Source: Piromyces finnis finn (Eukaryota; Fungi; Neocallimastigomycota). Taken from it: a stretch of 64,000 nucleotides of DNA. The position numbers were made by a program, and so were the translations under genes. Of the stretch, positions 34,233 through 43,496 are shown piece by piece; position 1 is the first letter of the stretch, and every line of letters begins with the position of its first letter. The stretch lies in assembly GCA_002104945.1 (NCBI GenBank), contig MCFH01000007.1, positions 682,001 through 746,000 on the forward strand, given 5' to 3'. The notes beneath the pieces are model-generated. The model had not been told where the DNA came from. It saw only the letters and a program-made list of their open reading frames with translations, and did not search any database.

Positions 34233-36209
34233 ATGAAGTCTCTTACTATTTTCACTACTTTATTAGCTGTTACTGCCGCTAAGAAATGTATTGTCAAGGC
34301 TCCAGCTGATGATGTTACCACTGATGTTAACGCTCCAGCTGCCGATGGTAACATTGCTTCTGATGATGAAGCTGCTAATGTTGATGAACCAATTGCCGAT
34401 GACATTGACTCCGCCGATGAAAAGTCTGATGCTGAAGCTCCAAAGGGTAAACTCCCAGCTAGTTTCAAGTGGGGTGCTGCTACCGCTGCTTACCAAGTTG
34501 AAGGTGCTTGGGATACCGATGGTCGTGGTGAATCCGTTTGGGATTACTTCACCCATCTTTACCCAAAGAACGTCGAATCTGGTGACAGAACTAATCCAGA
34601 TTCCACTAATGGTAATGTTGCTTGTGATTCATACCACAAGTTCGACGAAGATGTTAAAATGATGAAAATCATGAAGGCTAACCACTACCGTTTCTCCATC
34701 TCATGGTCTCGTCTTTTCCCAGATGGTGTTGCTAAGAAGGTTAACGGTAAATGGAATGTTAACGAAAAGGGTGCCGAATACTACGATATGATGATCGATA
34801 CTCTTATTGAAAACGACATTACTCCATTAGCTACTCTTTACCACTGGGATCTTCCATATGCTCTTCACGAAAAGTACGGTGGTTGGTTAGATTACCGTTC
34901 ACAAGATGATTTCGCCAAATACGCCGAATTCTGTTTCGAACGTTTTGGTGACCGTGTTAAGGGATGGATCACCATTAACGAACCATGGGTTAACTGTGTT
35001 GGTGGTTACAAGAATGGACCAGGTAAAGCTCCATACAGATGTACTGGTGAAGCACCACGTAAGCTCCAAAACGACACTACTGGACTTGATTTAGAAGGAG
35101 GTTGTTCCTACGAAATTGGTCCATCTCAATACTACAAGGGAGCAGAAGTTCTTCCAGCTGACCGTGCTCCACAAAGATTAGAAGAAGTCTGGTGTTCACA
35201 CAACATTCTTATTGCCCACGCTAAGGCTGTCAATGTTTACCGTAAGAAGTTCCAAAAGAAGCAAAAGGGTCTTATTGGTATTACCGTTGATGGTGAAGCT
35301 CAAATTCCATGGGAAGATGAAAACACCACACCAGAAGAATTAGAAAACAACAAGAAGTACGCCAACTTAGCCGCTGAATTCCGTATTGGTTGGTACTCTG
35401 ATCCACCAATGACTGGTGACTACCCAGAATCCGTCAAGCAAAGAATGGGTAAGGATATGCCAGTCTTCACAGCTGAAGAAAAGAAGCTCTTAAAGGGATC
35501 ATCATCCGACTTCTTAGGTTGGAACACCTACACTGCTCACTGGGCTGAACAAGCCAAGGATGAAGATGGTAAACTCATTGAACCACCAACTGAAGAAGAA
35601 GCCAGCTACGAAAACTCCAAGAAGGATATGTGGGATGATAACTGTAGAGGCCGTGCTCCAGGATGGGTTTGTATTCCACCAACTCTTGGTTCACAAGCCG
35701 GTTCATCATGGAACACCAAGTATGGTCCAACTATTCGTGTTGGTCTTAACTGGTTATACAACCGTTACAAGAGCATTCTTAAGAACGGTATCATTATTAC
35801 CGAAAACGGTTGTGCTCAACCAAACTACAAGGTTAGTCGTGCCAATGATCAAGTTACCATTGACTACTTCAAGTCCATTGGTAAGGAAGAATATGCTGAT
35901 GCTTACGATGAATCTATTATTGAAGATGAAAGCAACATTGAAGGAACCATTCTCCACGATACTTACAGAATTGACTGGTACAAGCAATACCTTGAAAACC
36001 TTCGTCTTGCCTATGTCGAAGATGGTGTTGATGTCCGTGGTTACATGGCCTGGTCTTTAATTGATAACTTTGAATGGGAAAACGGTTACGAAACTCGTTT
36101 CGGTATGACCTACATTGACTTCTACAATGACAAGGAACTTACTCGTATTCCAAAGGATTCACTTACATACCTTGCTGAATGGTTCACTGAAAATGTTGAA
36201 CAAGAATAA
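34233..36209 (+). CDS. cel1A: Secreted GH1 beta-glucosidase, copy 6, 658 aa (divergent partner of copy 5)
   Basis: Protein identical to copies 1 and 5. Confidence 0.95.
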   Translation: MKSLTIFTTLLAVTAAKKCIVKAPADDVTTDVNAPAADGNIASDDEAANVDEPIADDIDSADEKSDAEAPKGKLPASFKWGAATAAYQVEGAWDTDGRGESVWDYFTHLYPKNVESGDRTNPDSTNGNVACDSYHKFDEDVKMMKIMKANHYRFSISWSRLFPDGVAKKVNGKWNVNEKGAEYYDMMIDTLIENDITPLATLYHWDLPYALHEKYGGWLDYRSQDDFAKYAEFCFERFGDRVKGWITINEPWVNCVGGYKNGPGKAPYRCTGEAPRKLQNDTTGLDLEGGCSYEIGPSQYYKGAEVLPADRAPQRLEEVWCSHNILIAHAKAVNVYRKKFQKKQKGLIGITVDGEAQIPWEDENTTPEELENNKKYANLAAEFRIGWYSDPPMTGDYPESVKQRMGKDMPVFTAEEKKLLKGSSSDFLGWNTYTAHWAEQAKDEDGKLIEPPTEEEASYENSKKDMWDDNCRGRAPGWVCIPPTLGSQAGSSWNTKYGPTIRVGLNWLYNRYKSILKNGIIITENGCAQPNYKVSRANDQVTIDYFKSIGKEEYADAYDESIIEDESNIEGTILHDTYRIDWYKQYLENLRLAYVEDGVDVRGYMAWSLIDNFEWENGYETRFGMTYIDFYNDKELTRIPKDSLTYLAEWFTENVEQE

Positions 36210-36619
36210 ACAATAAGAATAAGCAATACGAATAAACAATAGAAATTAACATTTAAACAAATGAACAAAAAACATTATAGAATAAAATAAATTTTTATTT
36301 CTAAATAATCTAATTTAGAAAATAAAATATACTAAAATTTTATAGAAATAATATTTTATAATATTTTTTATTTTTATATGTATATAAATAATAAATAAAT
36401 ATAAATATAAATAAATAAAATATAAAAATATTAAAAAAAAAAAAAGATGTTTAAAGAATTGATTGAGAGTTATATATTTATTTTTTTTATATCTTCTTTA
36501 AAAAATTAATTTTTGAAATTTATTATAATTTTTTTTTATTATGAATTAAAAAAATAATAATTAGCATGGGTGTGCGTGTGTATTTTTTTTATAAATTATT
36601 TTACTGTTATAAATCAAAA

Positions 36620-37252
36620 AATCTTAAATTTCTTTTTAAAAAACTATGGTATAAATATCAGAAATTTTTCTATGGCTATTGCATTACTGACTATTGAAAG
36701 CAAGAAGAAGATAAAGGTTAGATGTTAAATGATAAATTTAGTTAAGCGATTAAATTAATTCCGTTTGTTTGAATAACTATCTATGTTATAAAGGAATCAA
36801 AAAGTTATTCAACGATGGTTTACTTAATATTCAAAAATTAAACATTTTAATTGTCTAGTCTAAATTTTCAACTATCTTAATAAAAGCCATTTAAAAAATC
36901 CTGTCAATAATAATGACAATGACAACAATGAGTTTAAAAAATAATGGCCAAAACACAATAAAATTAGTGAAAGTAATAATAGTAACATAAATAATAATTG
37001 AAAAAATAAGTTATTCTCTTCCTTGTCTAATAACAATGATAATAACAACATTAGAAATAATAATGATGATTATGTTAAAAGCAAGTGCCAAATTAACTTC
37101 TTGACTGTTACTGTAAATCTTTTAATCATTAACTATTGTTGGCCAACAAGATATAATTATGATTATAATTTCCGTAGGAGTAACAATTAAAAAAAAAAAA
37201 AAAACTGTTCCAAGTTCCTGGTGTCAATACTGAAGAAATAGTAAGTAAGACT
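36620..37252 (+). mobile_element. Highly decayed LINE family B remnant
   Basis: Colinear patches: tatggct...ctattgaaagcaagaag (cf. about 43870-43900), cctgtcaataataatga (cf. 44107), ttcttgactgttac...ttggccaacaa (cf. 44505-44565) and gtcaatactgaagaaatagtaag (cf. 44605-44627). Confidence 0.65.
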
Positions 37253-40200
37253 TACCCGTAAATCCAATATAAATAATATAAATAATGCTAATTATAAATG
37301 TAGAGTTTAAGTACCATTGAAAGTCAACTACACTGATTATAATTCATATTTCTTTGCATTAGTTAAATTGACAAGAGTTAATTTATATATGTTTAATTAA
37401 ATTTTTATTTTAAAACTTTTTTTTTTTATTTTAAATACATATGTATTTTTAATTTTTTAATATAAGTTACATATATGTATACAAAAATAAACAGAGGTTT
37501 TAAAAATGATTATTACCGTCATTAAAAAGATATTTTTTTCTTGGTTACTTGTTTTCTTTTAATATTTAGTATATTTTTTTTCTTTTATTATATTATTATT
37601 ATTTTAGAAAAAAGGATAGAATTTTTAAATTAATTTTAATATTTGATCATATTGAAACAGGTTAATCTTTAAAAAAAAATAAGTATTTTTAAAAGGTAAA
37701 TCAATGATTAATATTATTCAATACTACTATTTAATATTTAATAATTATTAATAATTAATAATACTTTTATTTAATATTATTAATACTACTAATAATACTA
37801 TTTAATATTAGTATTTAATAATACAAAACAAAGTAATAAATTAAAAAGGAAAATATAGTCAAAAACACTTAAATTAGTATTTAATATTAAAAAGAAAAGA
37901 AAAAAAAAGAGGATTATAAATCTTAAAAAATAGAATTATTCATTCATTCATCCATTTATTTATAAATAAACTATTTATTATATATAAAGAAGATAAAAAA
38001 AAAAAAAGGTATAGGATTTTATCAAAAAAAAATTCTTTATATTACAATCCAATATTTTTAGTGCTAAGCTAGTGCTAAGCTAAATAAAAAAGATTTTGAT
38101 CCTCTTCATTATCATCAAAAAAAGGTAATGCTATTAAACCATAATGATAATTCTATTGTTGTGTTATCACAAATTACTTTGAATATTTCATTCCTTTGAT
38201 GAATAATATCGATGTTTTTTTTTATATTAACTATAATGATAGTAATAATTATATATAGAAATAGGATGAATTTTTATTTTGTTTAAATCTATAAATATAT
38301 GTAAATATAAATATTTATTATTATATATATGCATATAATTAAATAATTTTTTTTTTTTTGTGTAAAATTAAATACAAAAAAAGCTTTAATTTTTTTTTTT
38401 TGGTATTGAATGTAGCCCATTTTCAGTATTACAATTTATATTAAAAAAATACAAAAAAAAAAAAAAAAACATTTTTATTCTTATTTTGTACTTTTTTTGG
38501 TAATTTATATATTTGTATTACCTTTAACTTTCTAAATTAATGATAAACATCAATATTAAAAAAAAATGAGTAATAGAAATGCGTTTTTATATTTATCAAT
38601 TTTTTTTATTTGGTTTGAATATTTTTTTCAAAATTAACATCAACTTTTCCTTCTACTAATTATTCTTTTAATAATACTTTTATACTATTCTTTATCTTTT
38701 TACTATTTTATATTCTCTAATTCTTGTACTGTTTTTACCTACTTTTTTTACCATTAATAAGAATATAAATTAAGGTTCGCTTGTGCCATAAAATAAATTA
38801 AATTAACCTAAATAAATTAAAAAATCATTTTTAATTTCATTTTGGAACAACCTATATTTAAATTAAAATTTATTCATTTTTATAATAAATAAAGTTTTAT
38901 CAACGTGATTTTTGTGTCCTTTGTGGGTTTAACGTGATGAACCTAAAACCATTGCTCAAAGTCTAGGGAAATTTCTGTTTAAGAAAAAATTTTTTTTTTG
39001 GTTGTTTTTTCATTTTTCATAATAATAAAAAAAATAAATGAAGAGGTCTTTTAATTATCAAATCATTACAATGAATTAAACCAACTATTGTTTTTTTAAT
39101 TATTATTTATCACTTAAATTATAAAACAATTTTATTCGAGATATCTTTTATAACCCAAGTCATTATAACTTGTTTGTTATTAGAAAGTCATAGGTCCATA
39201 TCATTATACATATTAAAGATATCTTTTTTCATTTCCATTTTTTTTTATTATTTCTTTTTTTTTAATATTTTTTATTATTCTAATTTATATTTGATATATA
39301 TAATGGTTTATTATTTATTTAACTCTTTTATCAACATTATTTTAATATTCTATTATTAATTATTTATAATTATTATTTATATAACTTGTTTATACGTTTA
39401 TATAACCATCTTTTAATATTTTATAAATCTTATTATTATAACCATTTTTTAAATATTATTATTATTATAAATTATTATTAGTATAAATATTTATTTTTTA
39501 TTATCATTTATATTTTATTATTATTTATATTTAGTTTATTTTTTTTAATATTCTATTTAATATATAAAAAATATTCCTTTTTAAGAAAATTAATTAAATT
39601 TATTAAATTTTAAATTAACCAAAATTTAATAATAAATTAACATTGAACAAGATGAAAATTCACGAATAAAATGCAAGAAATTTAAATTTTTTGGTTTACA
39701 TCCTTTCACTTTAATAGAAAATTAACTTTTTAAATTATGGATGAATTGAATTTTAACCATCATAATTCCTAGTTAAGATTCAATAACAATTAAAATTATA
39801 ATTAATGTCATTATTAAGGATGTAAATATACAAATATTCTTTTTTTAATTATTATTCATTACTAAAAATGTTTCATTGATTTAAATAACGATTTAATGAT
39901 ATTGATGAAATAGAAAATTAAAAAAGAAAAATAAAAATCTTATGTAATACAAAATTTAATTTAAATAAAAATGGTCAATAATATTAAGAAAAGTATAATT
40001 TAATCATTTATTAAATTATATTATAATATAATTTATTCTATTTAATTTTTATATTACAATTTAATTCATGGTGATCTTTTAATTAAATGAAAAAGGATTG
40101 TTTATTTAATATTCGATGATGAAAAAAGATTATTAAATAAAGTTTACCAATAATAATTTAATAAATAAATAATAAAAAGTATTTAATAATAATAATATTA

Positions 40201-40625
40201 AATTCTAATTTAATATTTATTAATTAGAATAAATATTTAATATTATGTATTTAATTATTATTTAAATTATTAATTATTCAATGAATTTATCATTTCTGTA
40301 AAAAAATTTTAATTGTTCATTTTACTATAAAAACAAGTTCAATTTCTTTTAAAAAAAAAAAAAAAAGTAAAACAATATAAAAGAGTAAATAAAGAATAAA
40401 TATAAATAATAAAAATAATAAAAATAATAAAAATTTATTTTAAATAATTAAAATAAATTGTAAAAAAAAAATCAATAATTATTTTTTTTATTATTATAAT
40501 AATAATAGAATATAAAAAAAAAATAAATAATTCATAGTTTATCAACTTTGAATTTTGAAATTAAATAATTTTGTAATATAGTTAAAAAAAAACCTTTTTC
40601 ATTTTTTTTTAAAAAAAAAACAAAA

Positions 40626-42785
40626 ATGAATAAAACATTATATTTATTTATTACTTTATTGATATTAACTTTTGCCACCGCAAAAAGATGTGGTAAGGAT
40701 GTTGGTGAATGTGATGAAGGTGAATGTTGTAGTAAGTATGGTTTCTGCGGTAAATCTAAAATGTATTGTGGAAGTGGATGTCAATCTGAATATGGTTTAT
40801 GTGATGAAGAAAAGATAGTTACCATTACTAAAACCGCCTATAAGGCTAAACATACTCCATCACCAGATCTTGCCGAAAAAATTATAGAAGAAGTCGATGA
40901 AGTCGTTGTTGATGATTTAAATGATGATAAAATTGAAGAAATCAATCAAATCATTGAAAATGCTGTCGATGAAGACATTAATTTAGATAGTGAAAATGAA
41001 GAAGATGTTGATGTTGATGATGCTATCAATGTTGATGATGATAATGAAGAAGTTGAAGAAGTTAAAGAAGATTCTGAAAGTGATTCTGAAAGTGAAGTTG
41101 AAGTTGAAACCACTATTGTAGTCACTGTTACTGTCACTGAAGCTCCAACTGAAGAAGAATCTGAAATTATTGAAGATGATGGTGACAACAATGATGATCA
41201 TAACGACGAAGATGATCAAAACACTGATGTTATTGAAGATGATAACAATGATGAAGATGATAACAATGATGATGAACCAGATTGCAGCAAACCAGAAAAC
41301 AAGGACTTACCAGAATGTGCTCCAGATTGCAGCAAACCAGAAAACAAGGACTTACCAGAATGTGCTCCAGACTGCAACAAACCAGAAAACAAGGACTTAC
41401 CAGAATGTGCTCCAGATTGCAGTAAGCCAGAAAACAAGGACTTACCAGAATGTGCTCCAGACTGCAACAAACCAGAAAACAAGGACTTACCAGAATGTGC
41501 TCCAGATTGCAGTAAGCCAGAAAACAAGGACTTACCAGAATGTGCTCCAGACTGCAACAAACCAGAAAACAAGGACTTACCAGAATGTGCTCCAGATTGC
41601 AGTAAGCCAGAAAACAAGGACTTACCAGAATGTGCTCCAGATTGCAGCAAACCAGAAAACAAGGACTTACCAGAATGTGCTCCAGATTGCAGCAAACCAG
41701 AAAACAAGGACTTACCAGAATGTGCTCCAGATTGCAACAAACCAGAAAACAAGGACTTACCAGAATGTGCTCCAGCTACCACCACTACTACTAAGACCCC
41801 AGAACCAACCACTACTACCACTACTACCACCACTACCACCACTACCACTACTACTACCACCACAACTACCACCACTACCACCACTACCACTACTACTACC
41901 ACCACAACTACCACCACTAAAGCCACTACTACAAAGGCTCCACAACCAACTGGTTGTTCCACTGAAGCTTTCGGTATTGTTTCCAAGTTCAATGCTTTCT
42001 TCTTTGGTGATTTCACTGGATACAGCTCTGATGTTCAAGGTAGATTAGCTGCTAAGGGTACTATTAACATTAGCGGTGGATACCAAAACAATGCTTTCGC
42101 ATTTGATCCAGTCAACCACAGTCGTCAATCCAACTACAAATGTAATGAATCTCCACTTAAGGATGACTTCAAATATGCTATTGTTGCTGGTACTCTTAAC
42201 TTTAGAGATGGTGGTGAAATTTCCAATGGTGGTGTTGCCTACTTAAACAGTGCTAACATGCCAGGATACATTGCTGAAAGTATTAAGAACCACAACTGTC
42301 CAAATGAAAAGAAGAGTGTTATTGATTTCGATTCTGAAAGACAAAAGCTTATTAACCTTTCCAAGAAATTAGGTAGCACTACTGCCAAGTGTAAGAAGAC
42401 TGTTCAATGGGGTACTGTTACTGTTGATTTAGTCAAGGGTGAAAAGACTTGTATTGTTAATCTTGACAGTTTAGAAAACATTTACACCTTCAAGATTAAT
42501 GAAAATGGTGCTAGTGACTTTACTATTGTTTTCAACATTAATGGTAGTACTGTTAACTTTACCAACTTTGATATCTTCAATCTTAACAAGTATGCCACTA
42601 AAATTCTTTGGAACACTCCAAATGCTTCCAAGGTTAATATTCAAAACTTTAGAATTCAAGGTTCTCTTTTAGCTCCAACTGCCGATATTGAAGGTACCAA
42701 TGGTAATATTCAAGGTATTATTATCGGTAATAGTTTAAAGGGTAATTTACAAATGGATTGGGTTCCATTCTACGGTTGCATCTAA
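40626..42785 (+). CDS. Secreted modular protein: CBM18 chitin-binding domain, acidic linker, 11x 15-aa Cys repeat, Thr-rich linker, choice-of-anchor-A-like C-terminal domain (719 aa)
   Basis: Signal MNKTLYLFITLLILTFATA. Hevein/CBM18 pattern CG...C..G.CCSKYGFCG....YCG.GCQ..YG.C. The C-terminal FNAFFFGDF..YSSDVQGRLAA.G and ILWN.PNA..V.I...GSLLAP.A...GNIQG.IIG motifs resemble choice-of-anchor A domains. Confidence 0.85.
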   Translation: MNKTLYLFITLLILTFATAKRCGKDVGECDEGECCSKYGFCGKSKMYCGSGCQSEYGLCDEEKIVTITKTAYKAKHTPSPDLAEKIIEEVDEVVVDDLNDDKIEEINQIIENAVDEDINLDSENEEDVDVDDAINVDDDNEEVEEVKEDSESDSESEVEVETTIVVTVTVTEAPTEEESEIIEDDGDNNDDHNDEDDQNTDVIEDDNNDEDDNNDDEPDCSKPENKDLPECAPDCSKPENKDLPECAPDCNKPENKDLPECAPDCSKPENKDLPECAPDCNKPENKDLPECAPDCSKPENKDLPECAPDCNKPENKDLPECAPDCSKPENKDLPECAPDCSKPENKDLPECAPDCSKPENKDLPECAPDCNKPENKDLPECAPATTTTTKTPEPTTTTTTTTTTTTTTTTTTTTTTTTTTTTTTTTTTTTTKATTTKAPQPTGCSTEAFGIVSKFNAFFFGDFTGYSSDVQGRLAAKGTINISGGYQNNAFAFDPVNHSRQSNYKCNESPLKDDFKYAIVAGTLNFRDGGEISNGGVAYLNSANMPGYIAESIKNHNCPNEKKSVIDFDSERQKLINLSKKLGSTTAKCKKTVQWGTVTVDLVKGEKTCIVNLDSLENIYTFKINENGASDFTIVFNINGSTVNFTNFDIFNLNKYATKILWNTPNASKVNIQNFRIQGSLLAPTADIEGTNGNIQGIIIGNSLKGNLQMDWVPFYGCI
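41277..41771 (+). repeat. 45-bp coding tandem repeat x11 (PDC[S/N]KPENKDLPECA)
   Basis: Counted directly: 11 units, differing only in the first 15 nt of each unit. Confidence 0.95.
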
Positions 42786-43496
42786 ATTATTTAATTTATT
42801 CCTATTATACATTATTCCATTATTTATTAAAAAAAAAATAATAATTATAAATATTATATAACTATTATTCCTATATATATATCCTATAAAATTAAAATAT
42901 TTATATATAAAAAAAAAGAAACAACAATAACTAAAAATATAAACTTATTATTATTAATATATTAATATTATTTATTATTAAGTTAAAAATGAAATAGTTT
43001 TGAATTTTTTTTTAAAAAAAAAAAAACAACCTTTGAAATGAAAAATAATATTTTTTTTTATTTCTATTCTATAGAATAATAACTATTTTCATTTTTCCTA
43101 CATTAATAATATTTAATATGTAAATTATAAACATAAAAATATATAAAATATATAAAATAAAAAAACAAACTAAACTAAAAAAAAAAAAAAAAACTAAAAA
43201 CAAAAAATAGAAATATAAAATTATAGAATTTTTGAAAAAAAAAGTGATTTCAAAAAGATAACAAATAAATATTATAAATAAATAAAAAAAAATATTAAAT
43301 AATAAAAAGTATGTTTATTATTTTAAAAGTGAGTGTTTCGTGTGTATCAAAAAAAAAAATTACAGGCAATGATAGTGATGCCATTAGATGTAAAAAGTGA
43401 TTTAAAAGATTGCTAAACGGTAATATGTTCGTTCCAAGGAAACTTTTTTTTTTTTTAAAAACAATATTATAAAAGAGAATGATCTTTTTCAAAATA

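Larger units (their letters stand above)
29480..36216. repeat. Large inverted repeat: arms 29480-32384 and 33366-36216, spacer 32385-33365
   Basis: The CDS and about 0.9 kb of upstream DNA are reverse complements (e.g. accaccaccaccatcc at 32025 vs ggatggtggtggtggt at 33657). The left arm has an extra 53-bp tandem duplication at 32262-32367. Confidence 0.93.

Noticed and set aside
1181-36060. Recurrent 62-166 aa ORFs overlapping every GH1 copy on both strands
   Set aside because: These are shadow frames caused by the strong codon bias of the GH1 CDS. They recur only because the CDS is duplicated, and no independent motifs were seen.
1032-36209. Possibility that the six copies are purely an assembly artefact
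   Set aside because: Each copy has unique 3' flanks and most have private SNPs, which collapse or expansion errors would not create. Not fully excluded for the pair-3 arms without reads.
38900-38985. GTGATGA box-C-like motif with a duplicated AACGTGAT (also ATGATGA at about 46604)
   Set aside because: No downstream CTGA box D or terminal stem at a suitable distance, so there is no support for a snoRNA.
41277-41771. CRISPR-like regular repeat
   Set aside because: Contiguous 45-bp units with no unique spacers, in frame within a eukaryotic CDS.
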